From the human T2T-CHM13v2.0 reference genome, Homo sapiens: a stretch of 64,000 nt of DNA. The translations under genes were made by a program, and so were the position numbers. Below, piece after piece: positions 14,506-27,183 of the stretch. The DNA lies in assembly GCF_009914755.1 (NCBI RefSeq), contig NC_060937.1; one strand, 5' to 3'. Each line of letters opens with the position of its first letter. Positions within the stretch are counted from its first letter, which is position 1. The notes under the pieces are model-generated. The model had not been told where the DNA came from. It did no database searches and saw nothing but the letters and a program-made list of their open reading frames with translations.

Positions 14506-16069
14506 GTCTCTTTGGTCTTTTAGATGAGATGCAAGATATGCACATTTACTTGGGAAATTTATATATAAAGTATAACTTATACATGAATGCATAAAAATTA
14601 ATCTGTAGCTAAGACTAGAAGGAACTAGACCACAATAAGAATAGAAGCTTTTTTAGTAGGGATATATTACTTGTGGGAATTAGGATGGCTTAAAAAAATA
14701 GCTTCATCATCAGGAAATGAAAAAAAAAGTCCCATACTCAACAAACTTCAAATGATGTAAATGATTTATAATGTAATTTTCCTGCAGAGTGAAATCATAT
14801 GCTTTTGAAAGTAAAGTAATGGATTATTCTGACATGGACAAGTAATTCCACTTATTATTACCTTCGCATTTTAAAGATGACATGAAATGTAAAGATCATT
14901 TAAATTTAACAAATGACCTCTGATTACCAGGAAAAAAAGGCCACCTTGCAGGGCGTGCAGAAGTGAACATATGTTTAAGAGTGCTATTGCATTTCCAACA
15001 TAATTAGTCATCTAACTATGTATTCAAATGAAGCTAATGGATTTCTAAGTACAATTAACTATGATTTATCTAAGAACATTGCAGTTTGAATTCTTTTCTC
15101 CCAATTTGTTCGTAATTATTCTTTTATATAAATTTGTTAATTATTTATGGGCGAATTTCACTTTGGCCAAATTAAAATCTATTTCCACAATGCAGCAGCT
15201 ATCGAACAGCAATTAAAAGGTGGTGATTGAAGAAAATGCAGCTTTACTTATTGTTTTCCAAAGGGAAACATTATTTGAGAAGTTAGGCAAATAATTTCTC
15301 TCAGTTCTACTTTAAAGGAATTAAAGATGAATGAGAACTTTAAAAATATTTTAAGATTAAAAAAGTGAATATATACTAATTTATTCTATAACAGTTTTAC
15401 TTTTTATTCATCTTGGTTTCATTTATTGGCATTTAAAGAGAATAAAGTATTGTATATTCATGCATTTTCTTTTGAGTTTTTGTAGAAGGATATGGGAAAG
15501 TTAAAATATAGCAAATGAATGACTCATTTTATAATTTTTAGCTAAATACAGTGTGCTTATAAAATGTACATCAATAAATTCAACTTGGTTTAAAAATTAG
15601 CCAACTATGTGTGATTTTAAAAATTGATTTGGTATCAGATACATGAAATACTAAACAAAACTTATCTACTGTAATATTATGAGATAACTATCTTCAAATT
15701 TTAAAAATGCTTTAGAAATGCTCAGCAGTGTGGTAGAGATGTATGTCAGTATTATCAATAATTTAAAACTTATTAGATGCTTTTTCAGAAAAATACAGTA
15801 ATGTTATCTTGATGAGCATGGATTTGGACTCAGCATAATCAGTAAAATGAGCCTCAGGAAAAGTATTATACCATTTCTTTTTGTTGAGTTTATTATTTCA
15901 CTTTGGTATAAGAATTGCTCATTCAAAATACCTTAGGAAAACTTTAAAATTGATAATTCAGCACATGGACTTAATTCACATCAAAACTCAATTTGTCTTT
16001 GTTATGGAACTTTGAGAGATTCCTGCTTAATGGTATAAGAGAAATTCTTCATTAAAGAAGCCCACACAG

Positions 16070-16411
<342 letters not shown>

Positions 16412-16741
16412 TCAAGATGGGTGATGTGTTATGTAGTTTAATTCATCCATATGTTCAAGGCAGTTCTGGTAACTCTCAGGTAAAGTGCAGGCTCGAGACT
16501 CTCTTTACAACCATTTTTATAGAAGCTCAGCTTTTCTACTAGGAAATCCTCCTAAGGTTTTCAATCCAAAGGTCTTTCAAAAATGTGATATTCAAGGTTT
16601 CCTAGGTAAAGTGAAAAAGCCATACATACATTGAACAAAAGAAACGATGATAACAATAGTGGTTAACATTAAAATAGTATATGCAGTTCCAATTTCTTAT
16701 TTTGGTGCCAGTGGACTGAGGGAAAGGGCTTTTTGTTCCTT

Positions 16742-16768
16742 TGGCCCTTGACCTCTGCACTTTGACTC
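16742..16768 (-). promoter_or_regulatory. Candidate multi-DR1 nuclear receptor element
   Basis: Minus strand reads GAGTCA-A-AGTGCA-G-AGGTCA-A-GGGCCA. Motif evidence only. Confidence 0.35.
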
Positions 16769-17673
16769 TAATCCTTGTTTCCAGCTTCCAGATTTAGCCT
16801 CTCATGTCATCGAGTCACATGGAGTAATTAAACCGCTCTCAACTCCTAGGGAATCTCACATGCAATACAGAGAATGGAAAATCCATATTATCTATACTTT
16901 ATGTTTAAATATGAGTGTTTATTAATGTAAATCAAATATGAATACATGACTGTATGCTGTATTTTTATTAGAATAAAATTTAAAATCTACAGTTTTAGTT
17001 TTTCCACTTAGACAAGTATTATGTAATGCAGTAAACAAATTAGCAAATGAAAGCAGTGGAATGGAATAATTTGATAAGAGTTCTAAAAGAACAGTGAAAT
17101 AGGGCAAAATGCCACCAGTTTATAGTATTTCATGAATACTGAAAATCAAGAATAGTAACTACCTAAATGATGGAATTCTGACTTGAGTATTACACTTTAA
17201 AGATAAACTTCACACAGATTCATTGAAAAAACAAAAAATTATTTAGCATATGTTTCATATGTTTTTATGTTCATACTGTTATTACCAGAATACTAGAAAA
17301 TTGTATACTTACTTCTTTGTTATTCTACATTAATCATAGTCTAATAAATTAAAAAGCACGGCCCCAAAGAACTTTCTTTCAACCCTTTAAAAAAAATCTT
17401 AAGTATATTTTTGTTATTATACATTAATCATAGTCTGATTAAAATTAAGAATAGAAAGACCTGTATGTCAAACTCCAAACAAAAGGAAAGTAAAACTAAA
17501 CCAAATTTATGAATTATTCAGAGAGTTTCAGAAGTAAAACATTTCTTCCCTTTTTTTGCATTTACAATGAACCTTGAAAGACTAAGAACTTGGAACAAAA
17601 GAAATTGGGAGAAGATATATATATTCACTGGATTCCTATCTCCCACGCCAGCAACACACACAGACCTGAAGTA

Positions 17674-18001
17674 CAGGTCGAGTATCCTTTGTAAGAAAAG
17701 CTTGAGAACAGAAGTATTTCATATGTTAGATTGATGCAGATTTTGGAATATTTGCATATACATAATGAGATATCTTAGGGATGGGACCCAAGTTTAAATA
17801 TGTAATTTATTTATGTCTCATACATAACTTATACCCATAACCTGAAGCTAATTGTAGACAGTATTTTTAATATTTTTGTGGACTCATCACATGAGGTCAG
17901 GTGTGGAATTTTTCACTTGTGGCATCATGTTGGTGCTCAAAAAGTTCTGGATTTTAGAGCATTTTAGAGTTCAGGTTTTTGGATTGGGGATGTTCAACCT
18001 G
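17674..18001 (-). mobile_element. Tigger4b/MER46 (TcMar-Tigger)
   Basis: TIRs CAGGTCGAGTATCC ... GGATGTTCAACCTG, preceded by TA; internal CACATGAGGTCAGGTGTGGAATTTTTCACTTGTGGCATCATG. Confidence 0.85.
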
Positions 18002-18269
18002 GATTTCAGTTTACAGTTCTAGTCAAACACTTATGAAGTAAAGAAAAACTATGCTTAGAAGCTGCAGGCTGGTTGATGTTATAACCTATAAGGTGACAGA
18101 GAGAACATGTAACACTGAACACTTGAGGACAAATGCAAGGCCAACATGCAGATTATACATTGCATCCCAGCTACATGACATCATAAAGCATCGTGTGGAA
18201 GAGATTAATCCCTTGGTCAAGCTTCCGGAAGAGTCTCTGTGTCTCCAGGACCAACCTGTAGCGGTCACC

Positions 18270-18440
18270 AGACTTCTTAAGTCTTAGTGGGTTTCATTGT
18301 TGTTGTTGTTTTGTCATCTTTAAGATGGAATAATACTGAGTTATTGAGGGAAAACTAAAATGAGATAAGAAAGGTAAAGGTTTTAGCCAGTTCCTGGCAC
18401 AGAGGAAGTCCTCAGTAAAGGTTACCTGTTTTCTTTATTA
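18270..18440 (+). mobile_element. MIR
   Basis: CATCTTTAAGATGGAATAATA...AAATGAGATAA...CCTGGCACAGAGGAAGTCCTCAGTAAA. Confidence 0.7.
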
Positions 18441-19919
18441 TGAAAAATATTGACTCTTGAGAATCAAATCTATCATTTTCACTTCAAGATTACAAACAAC
18501 AGCAATAATTAATGAATTGTGATTTTAATAGAAATATGTACATGTGCCAATATGCCACATATTAATATCCATCTCACTGACCCAAGTACGTAGCTGTTCT
18601 TTTTCAGGTCCTACCAGAAAAAAAATAAACAGCAGCTGTTCTTTAGTGGTAGGCAGGATTCAAAAATCACTTTCTGCCACTCTACTTTTGAGTACCAAAG
18701 TGCCAGAAGCCTGAATCACAAATTTAGCAGTGCATTACAAATCAGTTAACTGACTTGTTCCCTTGGTGAAATGAAATGAACAATCTGGTCTAGGTCTACT
18801 CAGGACATCTGTGTAGATTTCTAGCTTGTGGGGGAGACTTGACCTATTTCCTCCATGTCATCTACACCTAAAATTTACATGAAGACATGTAAAAAGTACT
18901 ATATTAGCTCAACACTTCAACAGATTAAAAAAAAAACACCGAAATAATTTTAGTGCCATGCAAGATAGGAATCAAAGTGATTAACGTTATGTATATGAAA
19001 GTCAAGATTTCTATCATAAGGAATATGTATCCTAAATAATGATATGTTCTGCACGTGGCACAATCAACACTAGACATTAGAAAATGTGTAATTATAGTCA
19101 ATAATAAAAGTCACTAATCCAATCTTGTTTTTAGTGTACTTAATGGGTGTCGATAGAGACTGACTTGTGTTTTCACCTATTTTATATTTACCATGAAATT
19201 AGCAACACTTTAGAATTGCTGCAAAATTGTCAAAGGTTGGGTCAGAAGAAACGAAATGTACATGTACCTGTATGAGCTTCAAATGTAATCAACTTTTGGA
19301 AATTCAAGAGAAGTCTAAGCATTGTAAATCATACGTTTAGTACAAGTATCTCTGCGATGTGGTGATAAATGTTTTCAGAACAAACAATAATACCTCCTAC
19401 TCTGTAATATCATGCACTGAAGAAAATAGGACTAAGGGGAAAAATAGGATTGGGAGCAACCCAGAAAAACGGATGCAACTTTCTAGCAGGAACAAATATA
19501 ATACAATTCTAATAAAAATAATAATACAGTTAAAATAGTAAATCCCTCATTGAGAGATAATTAACTGTTACTATAGGACTTTATTTTTAAAAACGATGGT
19601 GAAAGTAACTGGAAGGAGGTAGGTTGAAACTGCAGGATTACAGAAACGCAGGAAAATGTAAATATGAAAGAGACTGTGAACTTTCACCTATAGGTACAAA
19701 TGTAGAAATAACTATGTCACATTTTAACAAGTCCTAGTTATCAAAGAAGTATTGTTGGTGAAGTCACTTTTTAACAAAAACAAATACAGAAAAAGTGTGG
19801 ATTTACTCAACAACAAAAATAAGAAAACTCAAGTTCTTAGAAGGAGTAGAATAAAAATACATTAATAAAGGCTTATCGGAAATACATTTCAAATTTTAAA
19901 AATAAAAGCTATCCTTCGA

Positions 19920-20460
<541 letters not shown>

Positions 20461-21984
20461 TACGCAGTATCTCAGCCAGCTGGAACTGTGATTGCAATAC
20501 CAACATAATCCTCTACTTGTATTTCATCCCAAATCCATATGAATGTGATTATTTTTCATTCATTCCTCACATTCTAGAATAATATGTAAAGGAAAGTGCT
20601 TTTTCTGACATGTAAAATGTCCTGAAAATGCAATACAACTATTGCTCATTCTAATTTTATAGTTTAAATTGTACATAGCATTGAAAGCGAGTTCCATTGT
20701 AATGAATGTCTAAATAACATGCCTTCTAATGAAAAATCATTCCAAAATGTTTTCTTGCTAATATAATCTTGATGTTTATGGAGTTTTTAATCCAAATCAG
20801 CATGTAGGGTACTTCTCGGTTGTGGTATGAACATTAACATGGAAAATAGGTTGAACTGAAAACAAGCAAAGGAAGAGCGGGATTCACCAGGAAGCTCTGG
20901 TACACTGAATGACATGAGCCCCGCGCCGACTCCAAGATTAGCAAATAAATTGAACAGAGAGAAAGTGAAACCATATAAACTATTTCAAGTTTCTATAATT
21001 TCTCATGAAAATAGAAGTTTCTAACTAAAGGCATTGCAATGTTTTGACATTCCTAATATATTCTGAAAGAAATTGCAAAATGCAGCGCTAATGAAATCAG
21101 ACTGTCTTTTCTCCCTAATCTCTCTTACGAAAAAAATAATACCGGTATGTATTTGAGGGAAATGGAAGCATAGCATCAGAAAGGATGGCAAGGTGGAACT
21201 GTAACACCACATTTATTCTTTCTTCATCCAGGCTGTTTGTCAATTTTATATAAATGTTGGAAAATATGAGGCTACATTTCTTTCATTTAAAATTACCTTT
21301 TCCTTGTTCCAGCAAGGGCAGGGCATGTTATTATTTAGGCTACACAGTCCTTGTTAATGACAGAAATATCCATTGTCGTATAAATAGCACGCAAAATGTC
21401 TGATTTTATCCATCTGGTACCACAGTAGTCAAGAGTATCTCTTTCAGGGTCAGGGTCAGAAATAAACCCTCTAACTATATCCCATGATACAAAGCTCAAA
21501 CCTAAGTGTTAAACATATGTTCATGGTTAAACCTATCTATGCTTAGTATAAACCATATTCATCAGGCATAGAACAAAACAAAACAATACAAAAATAGCCC
21601 TGAAAATACTTTTAGTAATTTTATCTCCAGGTTTGTGATGAGTTTGTTTGTTTTTGAATCCGTGAGGACATTTTTTTCCTTTTACAAAATTTAATAATTC
21701 TCTCATAAATGTGACTTGTCTTTATCAAAAATTGATTTACTGGTTTTATGTTGTTTTTTTGCTTCTGTTTATTTGTTTTAGTCAGAAGCAATATGATTTT
21801 ACCATTGTATTGCTTATCTGTAGTATTTTTCTGTAAAGCACTGACTTTGAGGAACCTCCACTGTGAATTGTTGAATATAACCAAGATTCAACGGAATGGC
21901 CTTTTGCATTCCTACAGCAAAGTAGAATAACACATTCCATGATAAGTACCACAACTTCACATTAATCCTCATAATAAATGCTCA

Positions 21985-22092
21985 AAAATATTTTGGGTGT
22001 GAATTTATCATGTACCAGGAACAAGACTAATGGTAAAAGAGTAGACAAGATAGATGTGATCCCTGCCCTCAAGGAGCTTTCACTCTAGTGAG
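21985..22092 (-). mobile_element. L2 3' end
   Basis: GATAGATGTGATCCCTGCCCTCAAGGAGCTTTCACTCTAGTG. Confidence 0.65.
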
Positions 22093-23944
22093 ATCTATCT
22101 TGACATGGTATGCATTTGCCCATACTTGGTGTCTAGTTATGGAGCCAAAGATGGAGCCTTTGTCCTCACCGATGATGAAAACTCAGGACCTCAGGAAAAA
22201 GTCAGAGGCATTTGGTGTTCATCATTTTTCTAAACTCATCCTTTTAGTGATTTTTTTAAACTTCAGTGAATTTATATATAAAAACAGAAGGAAATATTCC
22301 ATTCTGCTTAAAAAAATGCATTATAAGAAATAGCTGGACCAATGAGCTTAATTCTGTTATTCTGTAACAAGAACATAGGCTATTATAATCATAGCTCCAG
22401 TAAATGCTAATATCCTGAGGGAGATGAGCTGTATCTTTTTCATGTCAGTATCACCCACTTAATTTACACATGCTATATGTTAAATATGTATTGAGAAAGA
22501 GGTACGAACTCAGAGCAAGGAATGGAAGAGGCCTCATTTTTCCCACCCAGGAAGTAGGCTGCAATGTTACCACCAGGACTCCACATTCAGATAGGAAATG
22601 TTCCCTTGCTGATAGTGGATACTGAACACTGAAGGAACTTAGAAACTTCATTAGTTTCACAGAAGGTGGCCACTATAAATAGTATATGCTATGACCATTC
22701 ATAAATATAGTTATAATATGTCAGCTTATCTCAGTATTCTGCTCAAGGGAAAAGGATAGAAATATCCAGAGGTGAAAAAATGAATTTCCCCTAAAGAAAT
22801 ACATTGTATATATTTTATGTATGATCTCTAAAAATTCAAGATTTATTTGGGAAAAATTAAATGAATACCACTGAAATAGATAATCATAAAGTGTAATCAG
22901 TCACTATCTCTAGAATTGTGTTTTGTAAACAACTCTGGTGTAAGCGATATCCATGTAACACAAAAACACACTGATTTTATAATGTATACTATGAATAGAT
23001 TTTGATGGAGTAAGACATAGGAAAGATGACACATGACTAATCATAGGTATGAAAAAACAATTGGTTAAATGCTATTATGACAGCCCAAATTCTGAGATTC
23101 TTAAAAAAACTATATAAATTTAAAAACACTTTTACTTCTGAAACTGTATATGTTTTTGTTAAAATTATGTTTTAAAGTTCATTTCTGAGCTATCAGCTAT
23201 TAAAAGCTAAGCCAGAATTGTAACATCTGTCATTGCCATGTCTCAAGGCCATCAGGGAAAAATAAATAAGCATAACATCACTATTTCAGCGAAATGTTCA
23301 AACTCACTGCATATTACCAGTTATCAAAAAACGTGTCTCTTTTTGGAGGGTGAGTAAACTTCTTTTGGGTTCTTTTATTAAAATGCAGACTTTGAACTGC
23401 CGATTTGTTTCAAAAAGACCTTTCTCAAATAGAGAAAACACAGACATCCAAATGCTAACACATTTTTCTTTTAAAAAATAAATCACCATATTTTAATTGC
23501 TTTAAAAAGGATACAATAATTGTTGCACATTTTACACTATGTAACTACTGACTATATTATCCTGACATTAAAGTGTTGATGTCGGCCAAAAGTTGATTTT
23601 CCCAGATAGTGACTGCCACATTCACTGTAGGTCCTTTCCTTTCTGCTGTATAATTTAGATTCTTAACACTAAGGAACATTGCCTAAAGGAGCACTTGCTC
23701 TTAAGTTCTCGAAGGATGCTACAGCTCCTGAAGGATGCTGTCTGCTGTACAGTTTTACTTGAATATACAACAGGTGGCTCTAAATCACTATGCATCAAAC
23801 TATGTTCTTTATCTCTTCCCCCAAACTTGAAGTGCTTTCTCAAGTATCAGTTAATGAGTTGACATTAGCTAAGTTTACTTCCTTTCCTTCAGCACCTCCC
23901 TTTCCGTCATCCATCCTCCATAATATCTCTAGCTTTCAACACCT

Positions 23945-24122
23945 TGGACTAGCTACATAATTCATGAGGCCAGTGCAAAATGAAAATTTGGAACTCCTTG
24001 TTCAACACTACTAAGAATTTCTAGACTGTGACAAAGAGAACATTCAACCAAATGTGGACCCTTGTGAGCGTGGGTCTCTGTGCAGCTGCTCAGACTGCTC
24101 ATCCATGAAGCCAGCATTTCTG
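23945..24122 (-). mobile_element. MER91A (hAT-Tip100)
   Basis: GCTACATAATT...GGCCAGTGCAAAATGAAAAT...CCATGAAGCCAGC matches the reverse complement of MER91A. Confidence 0.8.
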
Positions 24123-24232
24123 TCACCTCTTTCTCTAATTTTCTGAGGACTCTTGTCCTCCACTCTTGAAAATCCTTTCTCTGTCATCCTTTTCTGTATT
24201 CTCTCCTCACCCTCACAGTCTATCTCTTACAT

Positions 24233-24947
24233 CAGGGTTTTTCAATCTCAGCACTATTGACATATTAGACTAGACTGGATAATGTTTTTATAATTTCAAC
24301 TTTCATTTTAGATTAAAGTGTACATGTGCATGTTTGTTACATGAGCACCTAGCATGATGCTGAGGGTTGGGGTACGAATGATTCCATTCCAGGTACTAAG
24401 AATAGTACCCAATAGGTAGTTTTTCAGCCCTTGCTCCTCTCCTTCTCTGCCCCATCTAGTTGTCCTCTGTGTCTGTTGTTCCCATCTTTATGTCCATGTG
24501 TACTCAATGTTTAGCTCCCACTTACACGTGAGAACATGCGGTATTTGGTTTTCTGTTTCTGCATTAGTTCACTGTTAATGGCCTCCAGCTGCATCCATGT
24601 TCTCCAAAGGAGATGATTTTGTTCTTTCTTACATCTGTGTAGGATTCATAGTGTATAGGTATGACATTTTCTTTATCCAATCCACCACTGACAGGCACCT
24701 AGGTTGATTCCATGTCTTTGCTATGGTGAATAGTGCTGTGATGAACATGTGAGTGCATGTTGGTCTGGATAATTCTTTGTTGTGAAGGACTATTCTGTGC
24801 ATGTAAAAATGTTTAGCATTATCCTTAGTCTCTGCTTACTAGATTACCAGCACCCTTCTCCTTCCCCAGTTGTGAGAATCAAAAACATCTCCAGGCATTC
24901 CCATATGTCCACTGAAGGGCAAAATTGTCCCCTATTGAAAATCATTG
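24233..24947 (+). mobile_element. MER20 (hAT-Charlie) split by L1
   Basis: CAGGGTTTTTCAATCTCAGCACTATTGACAT...CTGGATAATTCTTTGTTGTG...GGGCAAAATTGTCCCCTATTGAAAATCATTG. Confidence 0.88.
24284..24760 (-). mobile_element. L1PA15/16-like 3' fragment
   Basis: 3'UTR CATGATGCTGAGGGTTGGGGTACGAATG; TSD CTGGATAAT at 24275-24283 and 24765-24773. Confidence 0.88.
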
Positions 24948-25719
24948 CTCACATTATCAGACTGCTCTTTACAAAACATCGAGATGGTCATGCTACCCCA
25001 GGCTCACAGGTTTTGAAGAACTCTATCGAGGATAATTATAGGATGAATTCCAACTCTTCATCATAGTATTCAGGGTTGTCATAACATGGCTTTGTGTATC
25101 TCGCTAGCTCAAATTTAGCCTATTTATTTTCCTTAAGCTTTATATTCCATCCATGCAAAATGGCTTAATGTTTTATTTACACACTTTTTAATATTTTTGT
25201 AACTCTGCTTGCTCTAATATCTTTGATTACATTATCCTGCCATACATCTCTCCTCTCATCTCCCAATTCCTGATTTATTGACCCTTACGGTTAATCTAGA
25301 GGAGCATTTTCTTCTGATGAAGTGTTGCCTGTCCTTACACTATTCCACGCAGAACTGACTATTGCTTCCTCTCTGTCCTGCGTTGTACCTACACGTGTAT
25401 TGTCCCGGCATGCTGTTGCTAAATTGAGGTAATCAAGAGAAGATGAAGTTTTCAGTTCTTCAAAGCATTTCCAAAAATTGAAAGACTGATTCCATCTTTA
25501 GTAACATTACACTGAGGAACTCCAACTTCCCTTGGAGCTTATGTTTCTATATGGCAAGTTTCAAATAGAAAAACTCCTGTTATGTCTGCATGTCAGTCAT
25601 AAATTGTGGTTATCCTTGGTTTTCTACATGCCTAATTCAGTATTCTAGTCTATATGCTTAAAGGCTGGGGAATGTTCATTGTACTTATTTATATCTCTGA
25701 CATATAGCATACTGCTTAA

Positions 25720-26160
<441 letters not shown>

Positions 26161-26506
26161 TGAATCAGAGCTCTGAGTTTCTTAATATATGGGCTACAGA
26201 TGAATATTTAGGCAAACTGTCCTGGTCAGCATGTACATATCCAGATTCTTTATCATCCTTATTACGGTCATCATCACCATCACATTAATAAACACAGTGA
26301 TAAGAACATCTACTGGGAGCTTTCTAAACACCTTATGCAACAATGCTTTTAAGCAACCCACGTGCTTTGTGAGTGCCTACTTTGGAAAATTTGAATAATG
26401 CTGTTTTTATTAATATATGCACCCTAATATTATCATTTAAGATGTATAGTTTAATGTTCAGATATGTGCATATTTACTCATGTGTACTCTAAACAAAGCA
26501 TATAAC

Positions 26507-26548
26507 TATGCTTTGTTAGTCCAGATGAAATGTATACATCTTATCTCA
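26507..26548 (+). repeat. 42-bp direct repeat, copy 1
   Basis: TATGCTTTGTTAGTCCAGATGAAATGTATACATCTTATCTCA; 39/42 identical to 27142-27183. Confidence 0.9.
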
Positions 26549-26789
26549 AGATGATACTGGGTTTTATCAAAGTGAAACAGATTTGATTTTAGCATCTCCA
26601 CATCTTATTGAAAATATATTTTCTAGTTTATATAACAAAAATATTACAGAATGAATTACACACTTGCATAACTACCCACATAATTTTGATAGCACAAAGA
26701 CATACTTCATATAATGGTAGGCAAGCTATGAGTTAGGGAGACCAAAACAGGATTCTGTGACTAGGGCTCGTGAGATGTCCTTCACTGAT

Positions 26790-27000
26790 GGGTTGACAGA
26801 AGATTTCAAATCACTGTTCCTCATGATTACACTCTGATTATGAATTTAAATCTCTTGTAGTCCATCTGTTCATCAAAGAGTAATTTACTGTCAAATCCAA
26901 TAAGTGACAGGGTATTCCTTTCCTTTATTTCTGACCTTGTTCTTGGCACAGAAGAAGTCGGTTCAAATATGACAAATTTTCCCCTGACAGCTGGACGATT
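26790..27000. promoter_or_regulatory. Candidate enhancer (MEIS/TGIF, TCF/LEF and E-box cluster)
   Basis: TGACAG/CTGTCA at 26794, 26888, 26905 and 26985; ATCAAAG at 26872; CATCTG at 26863; CAGCTG at 26988. Confidence 0.4.
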
Positions 27001-27141
27001 GTTCACAGTGGCCAAATGAGAAATCTGTTGCAGGGAATAGACAGGCTGGATGTACCGAATATTTTACCATTCTAAAAGGTTCTTTTGAATGCACATATTA
27101 GTTCTCAAATTTTTTTGCCTTATTTAATAATTTTCTACATG

Positions 27142-27183
27142 TATGTTTTGTTAGTCCTGATGAAATGCATACATCTTATCTCA
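27142..27183 (+). repeat. 42-bp direct repeat, copy 2
   Basis: TATGTTTTGTTAGTCCTGATGAAATGCATACATCTTATCTCA. Confidence 0.9.

Noticed and set aside
18051-18287. Protein-like 78-aa ORF containing the CTTCCGGAAG palindrome
   Set aside because: No recognised domain, and it runs into a MIR; likely a chance ORF.
18592-18645. AGCTGTTCTTT direct repeat around about 30 nt
   Set aside because: Too short, and the insert is unrecognisable; it cannot be distinguished from chance or slippage.
20920-20932. CCCCGCGCCG CpG cluster
   Set aside because: Far too short for a CpG island or promoter.
26827-27015. 62-aa minus-strand ORF in unique sequence
   Set aside because: It has a non-ATG start, no recognisable homology and no clear splice sites; it is better explained as chance within a regulatory-like block.
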